Counted from the stretch's first letter, positions 1 to 6,922 are shown. The stretch is DNA of 14,526 nt from a virus (IMGVR_UViG_2778261256_000010:1-14526); one strand, 5' to 3'. Notes: generated by a model not told the origin, from the letters alone. Program-made: numbers and translations.

Positions 1-158
1 TCGAAACGTACTCTCAACAGTTCGCTTAGGCATGGAAGTTTTGCGGCATTCTGGCTACACAATAACAAGGGAAGACTTACTCGTGGCTGCAACCCTACTA
101 GCTCAAAATTTATTCACACATGGTTACGCTTTGGGGAAATTATGAGGGGATCTCTCAG
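1..158 (+). mobile_element. IS10-like (IS4 family) insertion sequence, 3' portion ending at the inside end
   Basis: Frame +2 reads ...RNVLSTVRLGMEVLRHSGYTITREDLLVAATLLAQNLFTHGYALGKL then TGA (143-145), which I recognise as the IS10 transposase C-terminus. The last 24 bp (135-158, ...GGAAATTATGAGGGGATCTCTCAG) are the reverse complement of the IS10 inside end CTGAGAGATCCCCTCATAATTTCC. Recognition is from memory. Confidence 0.8.
2..145 (+). CDS. IS10 transposase, C-terminal 47 codons (rest of gene lies left of the window)
   Basis: Open frame from the window edge to TGA at 143-145; sequence matches my recollection of the IS10 transposase tail. Confidence 0.75.
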   Translation, partial: RNVLSTVRLGMEVLRHSGYTITREDLLVAATLLAQNLFTHGYALGKL

Positions 159-386
159 TACTTTATCTCCCTTTTCTGCAGCTAGATCAATCCACTTCTT
201 GGCCTCAACTACATCCTTATCAAAACCATTGATACCATCAAAATAATTTGTCCCTAACTCACTTTGTGCTGCGGTATCCCCTGCGTTAGCGGCTTCTATC
301 AGCGTTTGTTTATTGTCTGCGTTAACGAATCCAGAGCTAAAAAGCAAAGTTAATGCCAGCAACGATGAAGATTTTATGAATTTCAT
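114..386 (-). pseudogene. Sel1-repeat secreted protein, 3'-truncated by IS10 (native part 159-386; 114-158 is read-through into IS10)
   Basis: Start at the second Met of the 114..431 ORF (MKFIKSSSLLALTLLFSSGFVNA, a signal-peptide-like N-terminus). One Sel1-like repeat (AQSELGTNYFDGINGFDKDVVEAKKWIDLAAEKGD) breaks off mid-repeat exactly at the IS10 end (158/159); the last 14 codons are IS10-derived. Confidence 0.6.
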
Positions 387-618
387 ATTTTTTGTTCTGT
401 TGATATAGGATGAACAGTTTAGACGCGGCAAGCGCCAAGTGTGCGAAAAGGGTACTTAAATTTAGTTTATCTGTCAGCTTTGTTAATATAGTTTATAGAT
501 GGTAAAGTTAACAGAAAACTAATCACAGCTAGAAATAATGACTTATTTAATTATTGTGACGCTGCACAAGATATACTTAAATTATAACAACGATAAATAT
601 AATTAAAGGGAAATCAAA

Positions 619-1032
619 ATGAGCAAAAATAAGCTGATTTTAACAGGAGCTTTATTGTCGTTATTTGCTTTAGTGGGGTGTAAACCCACCGACGAGAAGG
701 CTATTTCTCTGGGTCAACAGGCAATTGCGGATGATATGAAAGACCCCTCGTCTGTAATGTTTAGAAAAGATAAGTTCGTCAGGACTGATCATAATGACGG
801 GAGAGTTACCGGTTTTGTGTGCGGTGAATTAAACGCAAAAAATGGATTTGGTGCATACGTGGGCTACCACTCATATGTTGTCGAACTTGAAATGAAATCA
901 AAGGGCATGTTTTCTAAAGGTGTGGAATACAAAATCCTCATGAAGTCATTGGCACCAAACGAGCCTCATGATTTACAGCGTTATAAGCAGGTCTACAGAG
1001 AGATGTGCAACAGTGAGGCTGTAGCTCATTAA
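619..1032 (+). CDS. small lipoprotein, unknown function
   Basis: 137-aa ORF with RBS AAAGGGA 6 nt upstream; N-terminus MSKNKLILTGALLSLFALVGC has a signal peptide and lipobox (LVGC). Confidence 0.7.
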   Translation: MSKNKLILTGALLSLFALVGCKPTDEKAISLGQQAIADDMKDPSSVMFRKDKFVRTDHNDGRVTGFVCGELNAKNGFGAYVGYHSYVVELEMKSKGMFSKGVEYKILMKSLAPNEPHDLQRYKQVYREMCNSEAVAH

Positions 1033-1095
1033 TGTGAATGCCGGGCTTATCGTCTGCCTGGCTTCTTCGTATAGCAGACTATTGCGCCCGATATA

Positions 1096-1115
1096 ATAAG
1101 TAGATACTTACTTAT
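1096..1115 (+). repeat. 20-bp motif ATAAGTA-NN-TACTTACTTAT, copy 1 (identical arms to the copy at 4689-4708; near-copy at 11336-11355)
   Basis: ataagtagatacttacttat, 42 bp upstream of the 1157 start codon and immediately downstream of a perfect TATAAT (1092-1097). Confidence 0.55.
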
Positions 1116-1156
1116 TTTTCTGAAAGAATACTTTCATCTGTTAGTCAGGAGTTGCT

Positions 1157-1951
1157 ATGAAAGAAGAATTTCAGAAGTTAGTCTGCGACATCATCGACAA
1201 ATCCGGCGTAGAAATTGATACAGAAGAGCGCCAGAAGATTATCGACGAGGCGATCCAAACTGCACTGGAGCATATCGCCACGTCCGTGAGCACCGTACCT
1301 CTTTCGGAAGGCTCGAAATACATGCAGGTCTGGGTTCGTTTTGGAGAGTCCCCGGAGTTGCCAGGTGTTAAGCAGAAACGCGCGGCACTTGTGGCGTTCT
1401 CTCGCGAGATGAAAGACGCAACGGTCGAAGTGAGTACCGGTGCATGGTACGACGGCCGCATTGTCTACACCAATCAGACTGTGTGCGATAAAGGTGAACG
1501 GTTTGAGGATATTGTCGACGCAACTCTTCGCACGCTCAAAGTCAGAGCTGGTGTGGCGGATGATCCGTCCATCGCGGCGTTCCTGAGTATTGTCGAACAG
1601 TCTGAAGTTACCGAGCGCGTAACAGATCTGACAACTCCACCTGGTTTGCTGGAATTGGTGGTCAGTGGCGATATCAAAAAAGCCGTTGAGCGCATTCGTG
1701 AGGTGGAATACGGCATTATCTGCGATATGTGCCGCAGCGACTTAGACCTGGTGCGCATCATTGTCGACGCGGGTCAGGCATGTGACGGAGTACTCGCCAG
1801 TTTTGCAGGGCAAGTGGCTCGTCTGGCCAACGAATTACCCATGATTAAACAAGAAGCCAAATCCTACGCCGTTCATCGTACCAACGATTTACTGGACCCA
1901 TACCGGTTCGAAGCTGCTCAGGACAAAATGACTGGCTGGGCGACCTGGTAA
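1157..1951 (+). CDS. hypothetical protein (264 aa), no recognisable motif
   Basis: Long ORF with strong RBS AGGAG (1147-1151) 5 nt upstream, followed by its own terminator. Antisense ORFs 1171..1461 and 1474..1761 are taken as shadows. Confidence 0.7.
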   Translation: MKEEFQKLVCDIIDKSGVEIDTEERQKIIDEAIQTALEHIATSVSTVPLSEGSKYMQVWVRFGESPELPGVKQKRAALVAFSREMKDATVEVSTGAWYDGRIVYTNQTVCDKGERFEDIVDATLRTLKVRAGVADDPSIAAFLSIVEQSEVTERVTDLTTPPGLLELVVSGDIKKAVERIREVEYGIICDMCRSDLDLVRIIVDAGQACDGVLASFAGQVARLANELPMIKQEAKSYAVHRTNDLLDPYRFEAAQDKMTGWATW

Positions 1952-1969
1952 GCCTCGATAAAACATTTA

Positions 1970-1990
1970 GCCCCCTCGTGGGGCTTCTTT
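1970..1990 (+). terminator. Rho-independent terminator
   Basis: GCCCC-ctcgt-GGGGC stem-loop followed by TTCTTT, 19 bp after the stop of the 264-aa gene. Confidence 0.6.
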
Positions 1991-2032
1991 AAACTGCGAT
2001 TAATAAGTAAGTACAAGATTACGGTTAGAAGC

Positions 2033-2509
2033 ATGTCCACAAGAACAGATTTGTCGAAAATCCCGTCTATCTCCGGAAACAACGGTTATTCGCTGCGCTG
2101 CCCGGAAGTGAAGCTCAACGGCCATGAGGCTCATTGCAGCTATACAGTCTGCCAACACACGATCCTCGCCTATAAAGAAAAACGTCTCCCGGCTACATCG
2201 TTCCAGTCCTGCGCTGCGGCTATTGCTGCTGGTAAATGTCAGGCACTGAAAATGATGGTCGAAGAGATCCGCAAAGACGAACAGCTCTACTTCATCGATA
2301 TGTCTTCACTTATCAAAGAAGTGGAAGAGCAAAACGACCATGCCAGAACGCTCCCCCGGAAGCGAAACACCGCGACAATTGACAGTCTTATTCATCGCAC
2401 GAAGAAAACAGAACCTGCTAAATCCGAAACCAATCCCACCGATTCACTGGCGCCGATCACTGACGTGTACGCGGCACTCATTGAAGAAGCAACCAAAGAA
2501 AACACATGA
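2033..2509 (+). CDS. hypothetical Cys-containing protein (158 aa)
   Basis: ORF directly upstream of and co-oriented with the ligase; five Cys in the N-terminal half (C23, C35, C40, C60, C69) suggest a possible metal-binding module. No family recognised. Weak RBS. Confidence 0.55.
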   Translation: MSTRTDLSKIPSISGNNGYSLRCPEVKLNGHEAHCSYTVCQHTILAYKEKRLPATSFQSCAAAIAAGKCQALKMMVEEIRKDEQLYFIDMSSLIKEVEEQNDHARTLPRKRNTATIDSLIHRTKKTEPAKSETNPTDSLAPITDVYAALIEEATKENT

Positions 2510-2543
2510 AAACTCCCGAGCGACCGATGGAGGTTAAACACTA

Positions 2544-3866
2544 ATGGAAAAACTGATCGCCCTAAAGCACAAGCTGGATGCTATTAAAACGATGGGAACC
2601 AACGCCAAGAAAGAGGCGCTGGCCAATCTGGATGAATTTGAACAGAGCATGGTCTCGCTAATGCTCAATCCATTCATTCGATTCGGTGTGAAGAAGTACA
2701 AAGTGGCCGAGCCACTCGATACTTCCGTACCCAGCGACCAGAAGGTAGTAGATCTGCTGGAGAAGCTGGCAGCGCGCGAACTGACCGGGAACATCGCTAT
2801 TGCTGCTGTCGAATCACTCGTTGCCTCGATGTGCGCTGACGGGCAGGACGTGTTTCGTCGCTTCCTGCTGAAAGATCCGAAAGCCGGTGTCGGCATCAGC
2901 CTGTGCAACAAGGTGTTCGAAAACCCAATTCCGAAGTTTGAGGTACAGCTGGCGTCTCCGTACAAGGAGAAAGGCGACAAATACCCATTTAAACCAAATC
3001 CAAAGGCCAAGTGGCCAATGATCGGCAGTCTCAAACTCGATGGTCTCCGGGTTATCTGCGAAGTCATCGTGGACGAGGGTGAGGTCAATTTCCTGACGCG
3101 CACCGGCAATCCGATTACGTCACTCGATCACCTTAAACCAGCCATGCTGGAGCGGGGCAGACTCTCCGGCTTCAATCACATCTTCTTCGATGGAGAGGGC
3201 ACTGCAGGTACATTCAACCAGTCAGTGTCGGCGCTTCGTAAGAAGAACGTGAAAGCCATTGGTGCCGTTTACCACATTTTCGATTTCTTCTTACCGGAGT
3301 GGCGTGCTCAAGCAAAAAGCAAAGAGTACCTGAAGACCGGTATGAAGCTGAAAGAGCGCCTGGCTATGCTGGTGGCGTTGTTCCGCAACACTTGCGTGGA
3401 AGATTATGCGCAAGATATCCACCTTCATCCGTTCTACATCATCCATAGCCACGAAGATTTCATCGAACGTTTCATGAAGCGACTGGACGAGAATGAAGAG
3501 GGAGAGATGGACAAAGATCCGGATTCAGTTTACGAGTTCAAACGTACCCGCAGCTGGTGGAAGCTGAAAGACGAGGATTCAGAAGACGGTGAAATCATCG
3601 ACTTCGAGCCTGGCGATCCGGATTCTGGATTTGCGCATACGCTAGGCAAGATAGTGATTCGTCTGGAGAACGGCGTCATCGTTCGTGCCAGCGGTATCAA
3701 GCATAAATACCTGGATGAAATCTGGAACAATCAGGAGAAGTATCGTGGACGCATCGTTGAGGTTCACTGCCATGAGAAAACGCCAGATGGTAGCTTGCGT
3801 CATCCACGTCTGAAGTGGCCTAAATGTCTTCGAGATACCGAAGATCGTATTGGAGATAAAGAATGA
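2544..3866 (+). CDS. ATP-dependent DNA ligase, phage T4 gp30-like
   Basis: RBS GGAGG upstream. Nucleotidyltransferase motif I KLDGLR (K164, 3033-3050), FFDGEG, WWKLK, and the C-terminal LRHPRLKWPKCLRD (motif VI-like). The N-terminal domain aligns by eye with T4 ligase (ARELTGNIAIAAVESL...ISLCNKVF...LASPYKEKGDK versus T4 TRKLTGNAAIEELTGY...VSIANKVW...LASSYDEKGINK). Confidence 0.85.
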   Translation: MEKLIALKHKLDAIKTMGTNAKKEALANLDEFEQSMVSLMLNPFIRFGVKKYKVAEPLDTSVPSDQKVVDLLEKLAARELTGNIAIAAVESLVASMCADGQDVFRRFLLKDPKAGVGISLCNKVFENPIPKFEVQLASPYKEKGDKYPFKPNPKAKWPMIGSLKLDGLRVICEVIVDEGEVNFLTRTGNPITSLDHLKPAMLERGRLSGFNHIFFDGEGTAGTFNQSVSALRKKNVKAIGAVYHIFDFFLPEWRAQAKSKEYLKTGMKLKERLAMLVALFRNTCVEDYAQDIHLHPFYIIHSHEDFIERFMKRLDENEEGEMDKDPDSVYEFKRTRSWWKLKDEDSEDGEIIDFEPGDPDSGFAHTLGKIVIRLENGVIVRASGIKHKYLDEIWNNQEKYRGRIVEVHCHEKTPDGSLRHPRLKWPKCLRDTEDRIGDKE

Positions 3867-4042
3867 TGCTCGGCTGGATGTTTGTATTTTTAGTCGTCGG
3901 CATTGTTATCGGAAGTCTGGTTATGTCCAGCTGTATCCACGATTACGTAAAAGCCGGTGTCATGCAAAGGCGAGGTCGTATTTATCGCATAGTAGATATC
4001 ACGGACACACTGAAGGAGATTAAGGATGATCATGTTAAGTAA
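3863..4042 (+). CDS. small membrane protein (59 aa), not in the supplied ORF track
   Basis: ATG at 3863 overlaps the ligase stop (ATGA); RBS GGAGA 7 nt upstream; MMLGWMFVFLVVGIVIGSLVMSS is a predicted TM helix; stop TAA 4040-4042. Translated by hand. Confidence 0.45.
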   Translation: MMLGWMFVFLVVGIVIGSLVMSSCIHDYVKAGVMQRRGRIYRIVDITDTLKEIKDDHVK

Positions 4043-4238
4043 ACGAGAGAAGGAAACCCTGCGTGAAATTAGCAAGTGGAAGGAGTTCTACGCCAACTGG
4101 AAGCCGAAGACCAGAGCCAAACTGGAGCGCATGAATCTTGTCGCCAACGTTTCTCCAAAGGGATGTATTGAGAACTATCAACTGACTGAAAAAGGTTATT
4201 TGTTGTTGCAGCAATTGACTGAGGCGGGGGCGCACTGA
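4026..4238 (+). CDS. small hypothetical protein (70 aa)
   Basis: Strong RBS AAGGAG (4013-4018) 7 nt upstream of ATG 4026; soluble, charged sequence; stop overlaps the next start. Confidence 0.55.
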   Translation: MIMLSKREKETLREISKWKEFYANWKPKTRAKLERMNLVANVSPKGCIENYQLTEKGYLLLQQLTEAGAH

Positions 4239-4390
4239 TGATTCCATACATCATTTTATCTTTTACTGGTGGCGTGGGCCTCGGCCTCGCAATCTGCCGC
4301 GCCCTGGTCCAGCAGGAACTGCAAACCAAAACACTTCGTGTCGGTAAGCGTGTGTATCGGGTTGTTCACGAGACGGGAGTGCGAAAATGA
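4238..4390 (+). CDS. small membrane protein (50 aa), not in the supplied ORF track
   Basis: ATG 4238 overlaps the upstream stop (TGATG); MIPYIILSFTGGVGLGLAICRAL is a TM helix; stop TGA 4388-4390 overlaps the ATG of the next gene (4387). Confidence 0.4.
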   Translation: MIPYIILSFTGGVGLGLAICRALVQQELQTKTLRVGKRVYRVVHETGVRK

Positions 4391-4692
4391 GCAATTTGAC
4401 TTCCTTCGACTGGTGGCTGGCAACCTACCTTGTGGCGGCCGGCTTCGGATTTGCCTTTTACATTGGTCAGTTAATCGTAAAGCTACTGCTGATCAGATTC
4501 GCCAGCCATAAACGCATAGACGACGGTCTGTGGCGTCTGGGGTCCCTGTTAGAGACGCATTACGGCGAACTCAAGGAAAACGAAACTATCACTATTCAAG
4601 CGAAGCGTTTTACCGCCATCATCACGAGAACTCCGGAACAAAAGGGGAGCCTGATCAAAAAGATAGCAACTAAACGCATCACAGATAGATAA
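4387..4692 (+). CDS. small membrane protein (101 aa)
   Basis: N-terminal TM segment WWLATYLVAAGFGFAFYIGQLIV followed by a charged C-terminal domain; translationally coupled to the preceding small gene. Confidence 0.6.
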   Translation: MSNLTSFDWWLATYLVAAGFGFAFYIGQLIVKLLLIRFASHKRIDDGLWRLGSLLETHYGELKENETITIQAKRFTAIITRTPEQKGSLIKKIATKRITDR

Positions 4693-4708
4693 GTATTTAC
4701 TTACTTAT
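4689..4708 (+). repeat. 20-bp motif ATAAGTA-NN-TACTTACTTAT, copy 2
   Basis: ataagtatttacttacttat, overlapping the stop codon of the 101-aa gene; followed by CTAATAT...TATAAGAT, which is shared with copy 3. Confidence 0.55.
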
Positions 4709-4884
4709 CTAATATGTATAAGATCACTTTGTTTTCGTTGAGATGCGACTGTTTGAACGTTAAATATAACTGCAAACGAAGATGCATACCTGGCAGTAGC
4801 CTAAGAAGCCAAACACCAGCGAGGTCAGTTTCCAGCCTCGTCACCAAAATGGGACACACTGAGCGAGTGTGATTGCAGAACGCA

Positions 4885-4916
4885 GAATAGGGCATATTGC
4901 ACCATCCATGCCCTAT
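4885..4916. other. perfect 10-bp-stem hairpin (AATAGGGCAT / ATGCCCTATT, 12-nt loop)
   Basis: Direct reading; no U-tract after it, so not a classical terminator. Confidence 0.5.
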
Positions 4917-5071
4917 TCAATGAAGTAACAGAATGGGCGGTTGGTTTCATCATTCCATTCACCCATCCCGGTTTCAGCTGACCGTCCATTCTGTTACGTC
5001 ATTTCCATTACTTATGTCGTTTATACTTGGGTTAAAAGCGGCGACGTAACCCGGCTGACTTGGTTAGTCAG

Positions 5072-5189
5072 CACATAACGTTGAGATCACTGATTTTTCT
5101 TAAAATCATACAGGCGATTCCACATAGCTGTAGCGACTGATCAATATGTTGGGTTGAACATTAATCGGTTCAGTGATCTCAACGTTGTG
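5072..5189. repeat. 17-bp perfect inverted repeat (5076-5092 / 5169-5185; 20 of 21 if extended) flanking a 76-bp spacer
   Basis: AACGTTGAGATCACTGA and its exact reverse complement TCAGTGATCTCAACGTT; three GATC sites within the element. Confidence 0.55.
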
Positions 5190-5435
5190 AAAGCAGGATT
5201 AATTAACCCTCTAGTGAAAACATTGTTGCCTTTATTGCCCCTGACTTCACAACATGTATGATTCCATACATCCAATAAGATCGAAGAATCTAACGGCAAT
5301 CAACCACCGAGAAAGATTCCAGATCTTCGCTCATATGAGCGAGCCACATACCTCGTCTGGCACTAACGTAAAGTGCAAGTTGCGGGAAAGTTTCTGGCTG
5401 CCTGGTTGTCCATAAGCTAGTACCGCCGCGAAAAT

Positions 5436-5510
5436 GATGGTGTAGCTCAGTGGTAGAGCGGTTGACTGTTAATCAACTGGTCGGTGGTTCGAGTCCACCC
5501 ACCATCGCCA
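5436..5510 (+). tRNA. tRNA-Asn (anticodon GTT at 5468-5470)
   Basis: Folded by hand into a full cloverleaf: 7-bp acceptor stem GATGGTG/CACCATC, D-arm GCTC-AGTGGTA-GAGC, anticodon stem GTTGA/TCAAC with loop CTGTTAA, T-arm GGTGG-TTCGAGT-CCACC, discriminator G, encoded CCA. Confidence 0.9.
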
Positions 5511-5663
5511 ACATAGCGCTGAACGGTTTGGATTCGCCACCACCGTCCGAACGAAAGACTCCGCAAATGTCGCCAGACCGTTCAGCGCTGTGATAGACAC
5601 GGCAGACGTTTTTTAACCATTGCTTCTAAGCATCGTAGCAACACTTTTTTCAGCGCAAAATCC

Positions 5664-5685
5664 AAAGGGGCTTCGGCCCCTTTTT
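5664..5685 (+). terminator. Rho-independent terminator downstream of the tRNA
   Basis: AAAGGGGC-TTCG-GCCCCTTTTT: GC-rich stem, tetraloop, T-run. Confidence 0.7.
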
Positions 5686-5764
5686 GCTATCAAGTCGCAT
5701 ATGCAACCAACTTTTTTTAGCTTATAGTTAAGTTCAGTAGTAGAATGCTACGCTTCGTCGAGAA

Positions 5765-6313
5765 ATGACGATTATGGAGTCTATCGTGAAATTTAAAATC
5801 CAGCATTTGCAGGCAGCAGTGGCACTGGTTCTTGCCAGTATCCAGCCGCAACCCAAAGCGGTTGCGTGTCAGCCTACGATTGTAGAACGGGTTTATGAGA
5901 TGGGCGCTAGAGTCAACAAAACCGACATCAGTGATCTTACAGCTGCTCTCAATGAATTGGCTAAAGAACTGCGTTCAAGCCGCGCTGAACTTGCTCATTA
6001 TGCTGACACTGACTTCTTTGCTGCTATCAAAGTAGCGGAAGAAATTAAGAATCAAACTATTCATGTAGCCGGTATCGCAGAATCTTTTGTTTTGATGTTA
6101 CCTGAAAAAGACGTCATCATGTCTTACGACAAAAACACTGTTGAGTTTGCGTTTTTTAAGGCTATTAAAATGGTCAGTATTGCGACCAAAAACTATCTCA
6201 ATCTGATTGATCAGATTACACGCACTTCTGTAGTGCGTGACTCTGGTGTCAACCTTTTAGCCATGAACCATCTATTAGAGACTGGCAACAAGGCTGCGGC
6301 TAAATGGCATTAA
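5765..6313 (+). CDS. putative antitoxin-like partner of the YafO-family toxin (182 aa; true start uncertain)
   Basis: ORF ends 10 nt inside the toxin gene (6304-6313 overlap), the usual toxin-antitoxin coupling. No recognisable Phd/YefM or RHH sequence signature; much larger than E. coli YafN (~97 aa). Confidence 0.45.
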   Translation: MTIMESIVKFKIQHLQAAVALVLASIQPQPKAVACQPTIVERVYEMGARVNKTDISDLTAALNELAKELRSSRAELAHYADTDFFAAIKVAEEIKNQTIHVAGIAESFVLMLPEKDVIMSYDKNTVEFAFFKAIKMVSIATKNYLNLIDQITRTSVVRDSGVNLLAMNHLLETGNKAAAKWH

Positions 6314-6720
6314 CGGCTGAATACAGTCAAGTTACGTGGGATGATTTTTTTCAGCCCACTTTTGTCGTTTACCCTGACCTAGAAAGTCAGCTCAAATCCG
6401 AGTTCATTACTTACAAATCAACTGGCGCACCATCTAATCTTCTTGGACGAGATGCGCCATTTGACTTCCCGCCGTTCGCCGTTGATGCTAATGTCCAGCA
6501 TATTCACGTCAATTTGCATTTCCAGCTTACCTGGAACGCAAGGCAAGAGAACTACAACCGAACCTCAAACCACTATCTCGTTTATACCGAGCACATGTGG
6601 GATAGCGGGCGTTTTTTGCTGATGGGGCTAGTCACTCCAGCTCACGATCGTATGCCAGCAAGAGATACTAGGTTGCTCAGCTACTTCGCTGAAGTCGCAG
6701 AAGGTTTCCATTCTAGCTGA
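6304..6720 (+). CDS. yafO: YafO-family type II toxin (ribosome-dependent mRNA interferase family)
   Basis: Aligned by eye to my recollection of E. coli YafO: FITYKSTGAPSNLLGRDAPFD vs FISYKRDGVLPDIFGRDALYD; VQHIHV vs VAHIHL; RTSNHYLVY vs RTNDEAHLVY; FLLMGLVTPAHDRMPARD vs WLLIAILKPEPHKLARD. Confidence 0.7.
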   Translation: MALTAEYSQVTWDDFFQPTFVVYPDLESQLKSEFITYKSTGAPSNLLGRDAPFDFPPFAVDANVQHIHVNLHFQLTWNARQENYNRTSNHYLVYTEHMWDSGRFLLMGLVTPAHDRMPARDTRLLSYFAEVAEGFHSS

Positions 6721-6887
6721 ACTTTAGCGATCGTCATCTTCTTCATCATTCTTTTTCTTCTAACAAATCATTCTCATCAATCTGGCTCAGATGGCATTCC
6801 AAAGTTGGCGTTATTAGGCGCTTTTTACTATTTAGCGTTTAAGATGGTTTGTCTACATAATTTATTCAGAATTTACGTAAGCTATAT

Positions 6888-6922
6888 AAATGATTCCATA
6901 CTTGTAAGGTATGGAATCATTT
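6888..6922. promoter_or_regulatory. perfect 14-bp inverted repeat AAATGATTCCATAC-N7-GTATGGAATCATTT (candidate operator)
   Basis: Exact palindrome about 100 bp upstream of the recombinase ORF; shares the core TGATTCCATAC with the 15-bp direct repeats at 4238 and 5258. Confidence 0.5.

Noticed and set aside
1171-1761. Antisense ORFs 1171..1461 and 1474..1761
   Set aside because: Fully embedded in the 264-aa gene, which has a strong RBS and terminator; Ser/Thr-rich shadow translations.
2340-3730. ORFs 2340..2537 (+), 2534..3109 (-), 3530..3730 (-)
   Set aside because: Alternative-frame or antisense to the 158-aa gene and the ligase, whose motifs identify the true frame.
4035-4511. ORFs 4035..4247 (-), 4069..4329 (-), 4269..4511 (+)
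   Set aside because: They overlap the RBS-supported, translationally coupled + strand micro-genes and have no start signals of their own.
4701-4895. 64-aa minus-strand ORF in the non-coding region
   Set aside because: No RBS; it runs through hairpin-rich sequence; more likely part of a structured non-coding element.
5076-5185. Retron-like ncRNA (a1/a2 inverted repeats) or CRISPR array
   Set aside because: No reverse transcriptase or cas genes in the window, and no regularly spaced direct repeats; only isolated inverted repeats.
5255-5416. About 53-aa + strand ORF (MYDSIHPIRS...) immediately upstream of the tRNA
   Set aside because: No Shine-Dalgarno sequence; it ends only about 20 bp before the tRNA 5' end; probably a chance frame.
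5511-5764. attL/attR direct repeat of the tRNA 3' end elsewhere in the window
   Set aside because: I found no second exact copy of the tRNA 3' terminus (e.g. TCGAGTCCACCCACCATCGCCA); only the degenerate similarity at 5525-5555, reported as a low-confidence finding.
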